From the UHGV virus genome UHGV-0157498: 42,984 nt of DNA; one strand, given 5' to 3'. Of the stretch, positions 1-8,598 are shown piece after piece (within the stretch, counting starts at the first letter, position 1; each line of letters begins with the position of its first letter). The position numbers and the translations under genes are program-made. The notes below the pieces were generated by a model, which did not search any database, was not told the origin of the DNA, and saw only the letters and a program-made list of their open reading frames with translations. The stretch comes from a virus.

Positions 1-115
1 CGGCGCTCCGGTTTCCCGTGTTGGTTGCAGCGCTCCAGTCTCCCGTGTTGGTTGCAGCGCTCCAGTTTCCCGTGTTGGTTGCAGCGCTCCGGTTTCCCGT
101 GTTGGTTGCAGCGCT
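1..115. repeat. 27-bp tandem repeat (coding SAATNTG[N/D][R/W/Q])
   Basis: gttggttgcagcgctcc(a/g)gt(t/c)tcccgt units; same units at window end. Confidence 0.95.
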
Positions 116-448
116 CTCTCCATTTGTTCGTTTTAATGTAAATTCAACAAATGCATTCACAAAATTATGTATTGAGAGCTTCGCGCCAATTTTTAATTTT
201 GTAGTACAAAATTTTCGTCCGTCGTCCGTTTTTTCGTCCGCAAGCGCTTCGACTTCCGCGAACTCGTTTATTTCAGCGTTATCGTTTACAAACCCGTAAT
301 GCTCAAGCACATCAAACGGATTCTTGCAGTAGTGCATTCCAGTATTGCAAATTTTTGCTTCCGGCTCTTCAAACACAGCATTTTCCTCGTATTGTTTGCC
401 CCGGCAAATCATACCGGGATTAAAAGCCTTATATCCAATTTTGTCCAT
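1..448 (-). CDS. N-terminal part of SAATNTG-repeat phage protein (DUF7666-like); continues across the window origin into 42984..42680
   Basis: ATG at 448 with AGGAGG RBS; MDKIGYKAFNPGMICRGKQYEENAVFEEPEAKICNTGMHYCKNPFDVLEHY..., open to base 1 and in frame with the window end; missed by the ORF track. Confidence 0.85.
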   Translation of the reverse strand, partial: MDKIGYKAFNPGMICRGKQYEENAVFEEPEAKICNTGMHYCKNPFDVLEHYGFVNDNAEINEFAEVEALADEKTDDGRKFCTTKLKIGAKLSIHNFVNAFVEFTLKRTNGESAATNTGNRSAATNTGNWSAATNTGDWSAATNTGNRSA

Positions 449-450
449 TT

Positions 451-672
451 TTACCTCCTGAGCGGCGCACATGCCCGCTCCCAGCTCTCTGCCCATCCGT
501 CCGGCTCCGCTCTCATAATTTCGTAGCCATCTTTTGTTTTTACCCCGTGATATACCCGGCTGGCTATGGTCTCTCGGGACATGCCCAGCAAATACATAAG
601 CTCTTTTGCTTTGTACCGTCCCTGGTACTCATCGTTCTTGTACAGGTCGTACAAGATTATCTTTCGTCCCAT
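451..672 (-). CDS. hypothetical small DNA-binding-like phage protein
   Basis: ORF 73 aa with RBS, coupled to neighbours. Confidence 0.65.
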   Translation of the reverse strand: MGRKIILYDLYKNDEYQGRYKAKELMYLLGMSRETIASRVYHGVKTKDGYEIMRAEPDGWAESWERACAPLRR

Positions 673-991
673 TCCGCTTTCCTCTCTTCCTGCACCACTG
701 CGGACTGTTTGCCACTTTCTGCTCGATTAGTCGCATATCTGCGATGCACAGCCGCCGGTATCCGTCCTGTTTCTCCTTGCGGACCAGTACGCAAGATTCG
801 CAGCCATCGCAGTGCGGCAGCGTTGCTTTTATCTTGCTCCTGTAGTCCCGCTGCTTCTGCCGGTATGCTTCCGGATCTGCCTGCCGCTGCCGACGCTTTA
901 ACAGCGCCCTTATATCCGTGCCAGACATGATGCAGTCTGGATGCTGGCAGGTCTCACAGACCGGATAGGCACAATCCTTTGTTGCTCTCAT
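629..991 (-). CDS. Cys-rich hypothetical protein
   Basis: CxxC motifs, RBS GAGG. Confidence 0.7.
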   Translation of the reverse strand: MRATKDCAYPVCETCQHPDCIMSGTDIRALLKRRQRQADPEAYRQKQRDYRSKIKATLPHCDGCESCVLVRKEKQDGYRRLCIADMRLIEQKVANSPQWCRKRGKRNGTKDNLVRPVQER

Positions 992-998
992 ACTAGCC

Positions 999-1793
999 TC
1001 ACTTTCCCAGTAGGGCAGCTTCCAGGCTGTCCATGTCGTAGTCTACTTTCATGAACTGGTTATACTGGTCAACGCTGGTCTGCTGCCGCTTTGGCGGCTT
1101 CGGCTTCTTGTACTTTTCTGGCAGATACTCATCAAATTTCAATTTTCGCAGAAAATTTTCAGCGTTCAGCACATATTGTGGCTGCGTCCTGCGTATCTGG
1201 CAGGCTTCGGCGTAGTTCTGCGCTGCCTGTACAAGATCATTCGCAGTTACACCCATCCGAAGTGTATTTAAGTATTCCACAGCCACTCCCGGCAGGTCTG
1301 CCCCTGCTTTCGGGTAAGCTGCAGCAAAGTCCTCAAACCGCTCTGGTTCCTCGCGCGATATTGTTTTGGATTCGTATTCGGATTGGATTGGATTACGGGG
1401 ACTATTGCAATCACTTGTTATCATTTGATTACAATTGATATCATCTGATATCAGATTCTCGCAGTTGCTTTCTTCCGCTGGATATTTGCTTTTCTTTGCT
1501 CTCACTTGCTGGTGATCTCCCCAAGTTACCATGTGTAAGTACGGTCGTCCCTGAACGTAATATTCTCGGACCAAGCCTACAGACGTCAACTTCTGCAGGG
1601 CATCAGCAATCGTCTTATTTGTAATATCCTTCAACGGGAAGCATGTCCCGCGGATAATCGCAGGTCTTCCGTCAAATCTTCCATAATCGTCACACGCTAC
1701 GATCAGGCGGTAGAACAGGACTTCTTCGAACCAGCTGAGCTGGTCGATCGTGTCTGATCGGCAGATACTTTCTTTTAAAATCCTGTTTGGCAT
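999..1793 (-). CDS. phage replication initiator (replisome organiser-like)
   Basis: MPNRILKESIC...LFYRLIVACDDYGRF N-terminus; C-terminal FEDFAAAYPK helical domain; internal iterons. Confidence 0.8.
   Translation of the reverse strand: MPNRILKESICRSDTIDQLSWFEEVLFYRLIVACDDYGRFDGRPAIIRGTCFPLKDITNKTIADALQKLTSVGLVREYYVQGRPYLHMVTWGDHQQVRAKKSKYPAEESNCENLISDDINCNQMITSDCNSPRNPIQSEYESKTISREEPERFEDFAAAYPKAGADLPGVAVEYLNTLRMGVTANDLVQAAQNYAEACQIRRTQPQYVLNAENFLRKLKFDEYLPEKYKKPKPPKRQQTSVDQYNQFMKVDYDMDSLEAALLGK
1405..1454. repeat. putative replication-origin iterons, five 10-bp units
   Basis: ttgcaatcac ttgttatcat ttgattacaa ttgatatcat ctgatatcag inside the initiator gene. Confidence 0.6.
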
Positions 1794-1808
1794 CTTATCC
1801 GCCTCCAT

Positions 1809-2159
1809 TCAGGCTCGCAAGCCATCCATTGTGATCTGGTTCTTTTCCAACTCATTTTCCCGTGGCTTCTTATCTTTTTGCAGATACCGTTTCGCTGCAT
1901 CCACATTCATGCGATTCTCCGCCGTTCGGGAGCTTTCTATTGCCATCCAGTTGCGAACCAGATTCTTTTCATCTTCCGCCGGTCTAAAGTACCCTTTGCC
2001 GTCTTGCAGATTGATGATTAACTCTGCGTCACAGTCGTTTTTATTTACTTCCGCAATCAGCCGCCGCACCATCCGATCACTCATGTGCGTCGTGGTCTGC
2101 AGCCATCGCCTGGAAACAGCATTTTTATGACCGGTCGGAATGTAATCTAAAATGTTCAT
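1809..2159 (-). CDS. winged-HTH phage protein
   Basis: ILDYIPTGHKNAVSR...DRMVRRLI...GKGYFRP pattern. Confidence 0.7.
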   Translation of the reverse strand: MNILDYIPTGHKNAVSRRWLQTTTHMSDRMVRRLIAEVNKNDCDAELIINLQDGKGYFRPAEDEKNLVRNWMAIESSRTAENRMNVDAAKRYLQKDKKPRENELEKNQITMDGLRA

Positions 2160-2299
2160 GATCTTTCTCCATGTGGGGGATGCGCCGCTTGCCCCCGGCG
2201 CTGGGGTAACAGGAGGTCCCCGTCATGTCCGTGATATATACGCCCCAACAAGTCCCGAATCAGTAGTTTCTTTCGCCTTTTGGCGGGTGTTTCAACCCA

Positions 2300-2620
2300 T
2301 CACTGGCTATCTCCGTATAACTCCATAAAATCTTCAAATCTCATGGTAACGAGCCAGCCGCAATTATTTTTTCGATGGAATACGGTCGGCTTCTCGTCTG
2401 TCTTTGCATCCGCAACAGACTGCGCCAAAGCATCATACAGGTTCAGGCGCTCTACCCGCTTGCATTCGATGTGTATCCCCGGTAGCCCAACCACATCAGC
2501 GTCGCCGTTCGAACCACAGTATTGTTGCCCTCTGCGCGCTTCATAGCCGTATTCCTTCAGTTTCCGCGCAAGCTCTCGTTCTCCACTCGCGCCCTTGTTC
2601 CTGCTGTTCGTTTTCCTCAT
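2300..2620 (-). CDS. Holliday junction resolvase-like PD-(D/E)xK nuclease
   Basis: SRNKGASGERELA...DVVGLPGIHIECKR motif. Confidence 0.8.
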   Translation of the reverse strand: MRKTNSRNKGASGERELARKLKEYGYEARRGQQYCGSNGDADVVGLPGIHIECKRVERLNLYDALAQSVADAKTDEKPTVFHRKNNCGWLVTMRFEDFMELYGDSQ

Positions 2621-3245
2621 CCTCCTTGTAGATAATTCCATATACTTTATACATTTTTTGGAAGCTCTCCCTCCCACGCTGATGCGCATTTGTGTGATGC
2701 TCCCGGCATAGGCATATCTTTCGATGGTCCGAATCGTCTAGGGTATTGCGGTTGTTTCCCATGCCGATAGCATCCCAATGATGTATTTCCCCATCTCTTC
2801 CGCATATCGCACATTTTTTATGCTTTATACAAAAATACAGGTATCGGTTAATATCATCGGTACGTTCCACAGCGTTATCCGTTAATGGGATTCCATTTTC
2901 CACCGCGTACTCCAATATGGTGTTAATAAACTCCCGCGCCGTATCCATAGAGCAGTCTGCAAGGCTAAAATATCCGCATCCTGTTTTCACGATATGTAAG
3001 TATTTCAACCACTCCTTCTGCTCCTCTGGAAGATAGCCAGTATAAGATGCTATGTCCCGGATCGTCGCATATGCCTTTTTACGCTGCTCGGCGGATATAT
3101 GCCGTCCATCATCCAGCCGGATTTCTGCATCCTTAATCTTTTTTTTGCTGAGGACTTCGCCGAGGCCTTTAATCGGGACGGATATAATTAAGTCTGTCCC
3201 CTTGTCGGTGTCCTTGTACTTTTCTATCCTCACAAACGCATTCAT
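2541..3245 (-). CDS. putative HNH nuclease (HNHc_6/DUF968-like)
   Basis: CAICG...EIHH...IGMG...LCREHH..AH. Confidence 0.8.
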   Translation of the reverse strand: MNAFVRIEKYKDTDKGTDLIISVPIKGLGEVLSKKKIKDAEIRLDDGRHISAEQRKKAYATIRDIASYTGYLPEEQKEWLKYLHIVKTGCGYFSLADCSMDTAREFINTILEYAVENGIPLTDNAVERTDDINRYLYFCIKHKKCAICGRDGEIHHWDAIGMGNNRNTLDDSDHRKICLCREHHTNAHQRGRESFQKMYKVYGIIYKEDEENEQQEQGREWRTRACAETEGIRL

Positions 3246-3760
3246 GATTTCCCTTTGCCCCTTATGTCATACACAAAAGCCATTTTGTTAATGGAGGTAT
3301 TTTTAATAGCAAGTGCCACAATCCGGGAATCTTTGTAGATGATCTGCGTGACATGGAAACGATCGTATGTCGTAAATTTAGGCTTTGTCCCGGATATTTG
3401 CACTTTATCAGATGGAATCCATATAAACGGCGCAGTATACAGCTCTCGCCCTATGCCCCAGTTAAAACAGGCGCGTTTAAAACTATCGGATGCAAGTCCT
3501 TTTTCCTTTGCCGAAAAGGATTCTATGCCCGTGTCCTCTTTTGATATCCAAAGTTGCTTCTCGCTGTCATAAATGCTTACGGTACAATTCGCATTATCCC
3601 GCGTATGCTTCCGCTCCCAGTTCATCGGGCCTACAGCCTCGTCGAGGATGTTCATGTCACATCTTGCATCCTTATACAGCAATAGTGAGCAGCCGTTCTC
3701 TTTTACTGTGGACACGCGGCATTCAATCTCATCCGCCCTCAGCTCTCTAAATTTATTCAT
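3242..3760 (-). CDS. Rad52/Sak-like single-strand annealing protein
   Basis: LLYKDAR..MNILDE.VG..NW; EKG.ASDSFKRAC.NWGIGRELY. Confidence 0.8.
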   Translation of the reverse strand: MNKFRELRADEIECRVSTVKENGCSLLLYKDARCDMNILDEAVGPMNWERKHTRDNANCTVSIYDSEKQLWISKEDTGIESFSAKEKGLASDSFKRACFNWGIGRELYTAPFIWIPSDKVQISGTKPKFTTYDRFHVTQIIYKDSRIVALAIKNTSINKMAFVYDIRGKGKS

Positions 3761-3769
3761 GTCCGCCTC

Positions 3770-4258
3770 CTACTTAATCCGAAGATGCTCCCCGCGCTCC
3801 TTCAATTCAGCAAATGTGAGGGTTTTTCCTGCATTCAATGCCTCTCTAATCTTAGACGTGTCAGGGATTTTCTTCATGTAATCGTCTGGGACTGCCGTAT
3901 CATCCACTTCCATCGGAGCGACGCCGCCGTTTTTGCAGATTGCAAACGAGTAGAGGTTTGTTTTAAACTTCTTCCGGTCGCAAAGTACCATTGCTCTCTT
4001 TAGCCTGTCTTTCAGCATCGCGCTCCGTCCGTGTAACTGCTCCGCGCGCGCCGCAAGGCGATCAGCTTCTTTTTCAAACTTCGCGGCTTCCGCATCCAGC
4101 TCCGCCATAATGATTGCGTAATTCTCCGCCTTTTCTTCTAGTTCGCCGTCCATGCCGTCCAGCGTGTCTTCGATAACCTTCATCTCCAACTCATCCGCTG
4201 ATTCCATCATTTCATACAGTTCCAAATACTGCCCTGTGATCTCATATAATGTGCTCAT
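3770..4258 (-). CDS. Siphovirus Gp157 family protein
   Basis: MSTLYEITG...DTLD...LEEKAENY...GEHLRIK. Confidence 0.85.
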   Translation of the reverse strand: MSTLYEITGQYLELYEMMESADELEMKVIEDTLDGMDGELEEKAENYAIIMAELDAEAAKFEKEADRLAARAEQLHGRSAMLKDRLKRAMVLCDRKKFKTNLYSFAICKNGGVAPMEVDDTAVPDDYMKKIPDTSKIREALNAGKTLTFAELKERGEHLRIK

Positions 4259-4397
4259 CTTCTTTGTTTTCCTCCTGTTCAATCTCCTGCGTTATCCGCA
4301 TTATTCTTCTCAGGCGCTTATGCGCCTTTAATTCAGTTCCCGTATCCAGGCTTTCATTGTATTCATCTATCGGCTGTTCTGTATACATGTTACTCAT
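4242..4397 (-). CDS. hypothetical protein
   Basis: short ORF coupled to neighbours. Confidence 0.5.
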   Translation of the reverse strand: MSNMYTEQPIDEYNESLDTGTELKAHKRLRRIMRITQEIEQEENKEDEHII

Positions 4398-4662
4398 CCT
4401 TCCACATGTCGCGGAATTTATCAAAAAACTCATTCACGGCCTTATTCATCTCTTCCATCTCTGGTATCGTTTCATTTTTTTTCTTACATACTTCTATCAT
4501 GCCAACGTAAAGCGTTTTTTTCATGATACTCTTCGCATCTTCATACGATACCCCAGCATCTAATAGGATTTTCGTTACCGACGCAGACGCTACTGCAAAA
4601 TCTGTAAGGACGTTCAACCCCGTCCCCTTAATTCTCACTTTGCCATCTTCTGATAAAATCAT
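4390..4662 (-). CDS. hypothetical protein
   Basis: ORF 90 aa, GGAG RBS. Confidence 0.65.
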   Translation of the reverse strand: MILSEDGKVRIKGTGLNVLTDFAVASASVTKILLDAGVSYEDAKSIMKKTLYVGMIEVCKKKNETIPEMEEMNKAVNEFFDKFRDMWKDE

Positions 4663-4763
4663 TGCATTCTCTCCATTCTTGTCTTATAATAAAGATGATC
4701 TCCACAAAAGATCATCCGATGCAGAGCCAGTCCCCCAAGATTACAGCTCTGCATCATTTTTTT
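4662..4763 (+). ncRNA. putative small antisense RNA with own promoter and terminator
   Basis: TTGCAT-17-TATAAT (4662-4690), hairpin GATGATCT/AGATCATC, terminator GATGCAGAGC/GCTCTGCATC + T-tract. Confidence 0.5.
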
Positions 4764-4908
4764 TGACCATTTCCCGCGCGCCGATCAGAAACGCCGCCGC
4801 TGCAGTAACCGCCAGCGTCACCGGGAACCACTGCAGGTCTGTTGTCTCCCACAGGATCACTGCCGCTGTTAGGCAGTTTGTCCCGATTCCGAACATTAAA
4901 TCTTCCAT
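4741..4908 (-). CDS. 55-aa hydrophobic membrane peptide
   Basis: MEDLMFGIGTNCLTAAVILWETTDLQWFPVTLAVTAAAAFLIGAREMVKKNDAEL; RBS AAGGTGG; below ORF-track cutoff. Confidence 0.65.
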   Translation of the reverse strand: MEDLMFGIGTNCLTAAVILWETTDLQWFPVTLAVTAAAAFLIGAREMVKKNDAEL

Positions 4909-4920
4909 AGCTTGTCCACC

Positions 4921-5175
4921 TTACTTTCTTTCTCTCCCGAACATCTGTAAAATCTCGTCATCCGTAAAATGTAACACTCTGTCAAGCGCCCATATCTCTC
5001 CCAACCGGATTGTTTCGCCTTCTGCTTTCCGCTTTACGAGGGTGTTTCTGTTAATTATGTTCCGGCGGTCAAGGTCTTTTCCCGTCAGCCCGCTACGAGC
5101 CAGGCCGACATTGATGACGCGCCGGACGGCTTCTTTGCGGTCCGCATACACCCCAAGTGCTTTTGTTTTCGGCAT
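4921..5175 (-). CDS. Cro/XRE-like HTH protein
   Basis: MPKTK...INRNTLVKRKAEGETIRLGEIWALDRVLHFTDDEI. Confidence 0.65.
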   Translation of the reverse strand: MPKTKALGVYADRKEAVRRVINVGLARSGLTGKDLDRRNIINRNTLVKRKAEGETIRLGEIWALDRVLHFTDDEILQMFGRERK

Positions 5176-5180
5176 CTCTT

Positions 5181-5321
5181 TCACCTCCACATCCAATATA
5201 GATTTGTTAAGATCAGCGCGGCCATCGTGATTCCCCACGCTATGCGCCATCTCTTTGTCTCCTGCTTTGCTTCTTCGATGATCTCTACTGCAAAGCTGTC
5301 TTCTCTTTCGTTAATGTCCAT
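5181..5321 (-). CDS. 46-aa membrane peptide
   Basis: MDINEREDSFAVEIIEEAKQETKRWRIAWGITMAALILTNLYWMWR; AGGAGG RBS. Confidence 0.65.
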   Translation of the reverse strand: MDINEREDSFAVEIIEEAKQETKRWRIAWGITMAALILTNLYWMWR

Positions 5322-5414
5322 ACCTCCTGTCTCTTGTTTCCTGCTTGTCCCCGTCCTATACTGTACTCACAGGCTCCCGCCAGAGCCGAGTACATAGAAA
5401 GGAGCGTTCAGACG

Positions 5415-5612
5415 TTGGAATTATCATCGAGACTCTATCATTGCCATAAAATCAACAAAAACGTAACTATTCTTGAGGATTACGAGATTGTTGAAGGCAA
5501 GAAGCGCCTAGTGCGTTGCTCATGTCCATATCATGAATACAAGGATAAGAAGCCGCACTGTGATGGGAATACGGAGTTTGGTTTTCCGTGCAGTTATGCA
5601 AAAAGTCAATAA
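5415..5612 (+). CDS. Cys/His-rich 65-aa protein, counter-oriented in early operon
   Basis: TTG start after GAAAGGAG; TTGTTT-17-TATACT promoter at 5334-5362. Confidence 0.55.
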   Translation: MELSSRLYHCHKINKNVTILEDYEIVEGKKRLVRCSCPYHEYKDKKPHCDGNTEFGFPCSYAKSQ

Positions 5613-5748
5613 CCAAACTAACAAGCTCATCACATCTCTCGCTTGGAGATAGGTAACAATAAAGCCGTAAGTCGCATTTGCAGCAATCCCCAGACATATC
5701 TTTGCAGTGCTTGCTGACGGCTTTATTAAATTCCACTGCGTTCATCAT
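5467..5748 (-). CDS. Cys-rich hypothetical protein
   Basis: GGAGGTGA RBS; CxxxxxxCxxCxLxxYC motif. Confidence 0.55.
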   Translation of the reverse strand: MMNAVEFNKAVSKHCKDMSGDCCKCDLRLYCYLSPSERCDELVSLVIDFLHNCTENQTPYSHHSAASYPCIHDMDMSNALGASCLQQSRNPQE

Positions 5749-5756
5749 TCGCTTTC

Positions 5757-5924
5757 TCACCTCCCCTCTTCGCCGCTTACTGCTTTTTCTAAGTCTCTGC
5801 GAACCCGGAAAGCGTTCGCGTTAGAAAGCAGCACCGCCCGGTCTTCTTTCGGAAGAAGCAGGAGAATTGAAACAAATTCCTTGATTTCTTCCTGCTCATC
5901 CGCTGTTATTACGTCTTTCAACAT
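5757..5924 (-). CDS. first early lytic gene, small helical protein without HTH
   Basis: downstream of consensus leftward promoter, GAGGTGA RBS. Confidence 0.65.
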   Translation of the reverse strand: MLKDVITADEQEEIKEFVSILLLLPKEDRAVLLSNANAFRVRRDLEKAVSGEEGR

Positions 5925-5962
5925 GTTCACTTTTATCACCTCGCTTTGTATCTTATGACACA

Positions 5963-6031
5963 ATTATACGTCCCATTGACACTCTTGTCAATAACTATTT
6001 TGTTGACAATGGCACTTTTTTCTGATATGAT
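5963..6031. promoter_or_regulatory. divergent lysis/lysogeny promoters with operators
   Basis: minus TTGACA-17-TATAAT (5991-5963); plus TTGACA-17-TATGAT (6003-6031); imperfect palindromes GTGTCAATGGGAC, GTGCCATTGTCAAC, GTGTCATAAGATAC. Confidence 0.8.
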
Positions 6032-6062
6032 AAGTGTAAAGGCAGGAGGGTGGTGATAGATA

Positions 6063-6437
6063 ATGAAAGAACGCTTGAAAATATTGAGATCAGAACTTGG
6101 ATATACACAAGAAGAGTTTGCAAAACGACTGGGCTTAGCAAGAAACAGCATTGCAAATTATGAAATTGGGCGGCGCGAACCTACAAATGCTATCATATTC
6201 TCAATATGCAGAGAATTCGGCGTAAATGAAGACTGGATCAGGAATGGGAATGAACCGATGTACCTACCTGCAAGTGACAAACTGGAAGGATACCTCGGAC
6301 AGATCTCAAAGGGCGACGACACCTTTATAAAGGACTTGATAGAGGTATATATGGAGCTTGACGAAACATCAAAGGAAGCGCTGCGGAAAATCGCCTATGC
6401 AATGGCAACAAAATATAAGGAAAGGGAGCAACCTTAA
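6063..6437 (+). CDS. XRE-family phage repressor (cI-like), no peptidase S24 domain
   Basis: N-terminal HTH_3 (TQEEFAKRLGLARNSIANYEIGRREP), divergent position. Confidence 0.85.
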   Translation: MKERLKILRSELGYTQEEFAKRLGLARNSIANYEIGRREPTNAIIFSICREFGVNEDWIRNGNEPMYLPASDKLEGYLGQISKGDDTFIKDLIEVYMELDETSKEALRKIAYAMATKYKEREQP

Positions 6438-6453
6438 AAGCTGCTCCCACCCC

Positions 6454-6555
6454 TTACTTTTCGATGAAAACTTTAACAAATGAATATATCTTTTTTAAAA
6501 AGACCTCATTGTTAATCTCATCGACCATATTTTTAATGAGCTGTTTATAATCCAT
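6454..6555 (-). CDS. 33-aa candidate SOS-induced antirepressor
   Basis: MDYKQLIKNMVDEINNEVFLKKIYSFVKVFIEK; GGGAGG RBS; convergent on cI with shared hairpin 6424-6448. Confidence 0.6.
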   Translation of the reverse strand: MDYKQLIKNMVDEINNEVFLKKIYSFVKVFIEK

Positions 6556-6574
6556 CGTGCATCCCTCCCAAATA

Positions 6575-6622
6575 CGAACATTTGTTTGATTATATATTAG
6601 CACAAAGATATATATATTTCAA
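6575..6622 (-). promoter_or_regulatory. promoter with Gram-positive LexA (SOS) box
   Basis: TTGAAA-17-TAATAT; CGAACATTTGTTTG (6575-6588) vs consensus CGAAC-N4-GTTYG. Confidence 0.65.
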
Positions 6623-6764
6623 CAGATGCGTACAGGGAAACGCGGTGAAGCGTCGAACCTACGCGGCAAAAAACGACAGACTGCGCAGGTTTTGACAGAA
6701 TGTTACACATGGTTATATCGCTGCGGCGATTAACACATAAATACAATATGAGGAGGATAAGATT

Positions 6765-7211
6765 ATGGCACTTATCACATGCCCAGAATGTGGGAAAGAA
6801 ATCTCGGATCAGGCTTCTGTCTGTCCAAACTGTGGCGCTCCGGTTGCAAAAAAATTCTGTCAGCACTGTGGAGAACAGATTGACAAAGATTGCGTGATCT
6901 GCCCTAAATGTGGGAAGCAGGTGCAGGAATCAGGGCAGTCGAATGTTGTGATCAACAACTCGGCAAGCTCAAGCTCTTCTGCAAGCTCTTCTGCAAGCTC
7001 TGCTTACAACCGATACCGGACAAAAGTTGCCAAAAACAAATGGGTATCGTTGATCCTCTGTATATTCTTAGGATGGATAGGCGCACACAAATTTTACGAA
7101 GGCAAAGTCGGCATGGGAATTTTATATCTTTTCACGTTTGGCTTATTTGGAATTGGATGGATTGTTGATATTATTTCTATTATTTTCAAGCCAAATCCCT
7201 ACTATGTTTAA
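6765..7211 (+). CDS. zinc-ribbon + TM2 domain membrane protein (possible superinfection exclusion)
   Basis: four CxxC pairs, Ser linker, KNKWVSLILCIFLGWIGAHKFYEG TM2 motif. Confidence 0.8.
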   Translation: MALITCPECGKEISDQASVCPNCGAPVAKKFCQHCGEQIDKDCVICPKCGKQVQESGQSNVVINNSASSSSSASSSASSAYNRYRTKVAKNKWVSLILCIFLGWIGAHKFYEGKVGMGILYLFTFGLFGIGWIVDIISIIFKPNPYYV

Positions 7212-7366
7212 TAAAAAAAGAAAGCCCCGATGCTGGTAACACCGGGGCAATCAAGAAAACTATACAGCACATGAGGTGGTGGTATGTTTTCCCACGCAAG
7301 AAAAGTATACCACAGCCTCCTACACCTGCATAGGTGTATTTTTTATACCTAAAAGGAGGATTAACT

Positions 7367-8398
7367 ATGGCAACAGCAAAAAAACTCCCGTCTGGATCGT
7401 GGCGGATTCTGGTGTACTCTCACACGGACCAGGACGGCAAACGGCGTTATAAATCATTTACGGCGCCCACAAAGAAGGAAGCAGAATTTCTGGCGGCTGA
7501 CTATCAGATGAAGAAAAGCATCGACCTGACTTGTAAAAAAATCACTTTCGGTGAAGCGCTGGATAAGTACATTGAAGACCGGAGCGCTGTTCTCTCGCCC
7601 AGAACGGTTATGGATTACAAACGGATTCGGAAGAATGAGATACAGTCCCTAATGCCTGTGCAGATATCTGAGATAACGCAGGACATGATACAAAGGATTG
7701 TAAACGAGGACGCCAAAAAGCACTCGCCAAAAACAGTGCGAAATACTCATGGGCTTATCAGTGCCGTCCTGAAGGAGGAGCGACCGGAATTTGCATTAAA
7801 TACAAGGCTGCCACAGAAAAAACGTCCAAACCTATACGTCCCGACTGACAATGACGTCAAAATGCTTATGTCTGCCGTAGAGGGGACAGAAATGGAGCTT
7901 CCTATTCTTCTGGCTGCATTCGGACCGATGCGCCGTGGAGAGATATGCGCCCTGAACAGCTCGAATATAAACGGTAACACTGTGCACGTTTCGGAGAATA
8001 TGGTAATTACGGCAGAACACAAGTGGGTCATTAAAGCTCCAAAAAGTTATGCAGGAGACCGATACATTGAATATCCAGATTTTGTTGCAGAAAAATGGGA
8101 GGGTCGCTCTGGTAGAATCGTAGGGCTAACCCCGGATCATATCTCCAACAAGTTTACCCGAATTTTAAAGCAAGCAGGCATCACGCATTTTCGCTTTCAC
8201 GACCTCCGGCATTATTCTGCCAGCGTGCAGCACGCACTGGGAATCCCGGATGCATACATCATGCAGCGTGGCGGGTGGAGTTCCGACGGAGTTTTAAAAG
8301 ATGTCTACCGTCACACGATGCAGGACAGACAAGCCCGTATGACAGATATTGCCAACAAGCATTTTTCAGAATTGTGCAACACAAAATGCAACACATAA
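7367..8398 (+). CDS. int: tyrosine integrase
   Basis: MRRGE, HDLRH, GGW, VYRH catalytic motifs; AGGAGG RBS. Confidence 0.95.
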   Translation: MATAKKLPSGSWRILVYSHTDQDGKRRYKSFTAPTKKEAEFLAADYQMKKSIDLTCKKITFGEALDKYIEDRSAVLSPRTVMDYKRIRKNEIQSLMPVQISEITQDMIQRIVNEDAKKHSPKTVRNTHGLISAVLKEERPEFALNTRLPQKKRPNLYVPTDNDVKMLMSAVEGTEMELPILLAAFGPMRRGEICALNSSNINGNTVHVSENMVITAEHKWVIKAPKSYAGDRYIEYPDFVAEKWEGRSGRIVGLTPDHISNKFTRILKQAGITHFRFHDLRHYSASVQHALGIPDAYIMQRGGWSSDGVLKDVYRHTMQDRQARMTDIANKHFSELCNTKCNT

Positions 8399-8598
8399 AA
8401 AAAGAACCCTTGATTTTCAAGGATTCTTGAGAGGCGCGAACCGGATTTGAACTCGTTTAGGATATCTGCCTAAAACCCTATATTTACGGTATCTATTGAT
8501 TTTAAGCCATTTTAAGGCATATATATGTGTGTGTCATATTATGATTTTATTCGATTTTACATCATTATGTGTAAGTATGCAACACAAAATGCAACACA
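8375..8598. other. attP: core 8431-8452 equals a tRNA 3' end (likely tRNA-Cys), flanked by arm-type repeats
   Basis: reverse complement GTTCAAATCCGGTTCGCGCCTC (T-loop + acceptor strand + U discriminator); TGCAACACAAAATGCAACACA at 8375-8395 and 8578-8598. Confidence 0.8.

Noticed and set aside
1..115. CRISPR-like repeats
   Set aside because: Head-to-tail 27-bp coding repeats with no spacers or cas genes
2609..2627. ACG start codon for the resolvase (9 nt after AAGGAGG, whereas the ATG abuts the RBS)
   Set aside because: Cannot distinguish a true non-AUG start from a point mutation or error
6640..6710. Spo0A boxes upstream of the TM2 gene
   Set aside because: Only mismatched TGNCGAA-like words
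7213..7332. Antisense RNA upstream of integrase
   Set aside because: Extended -10 and terminator are present but the -35 is poor; too weak to call
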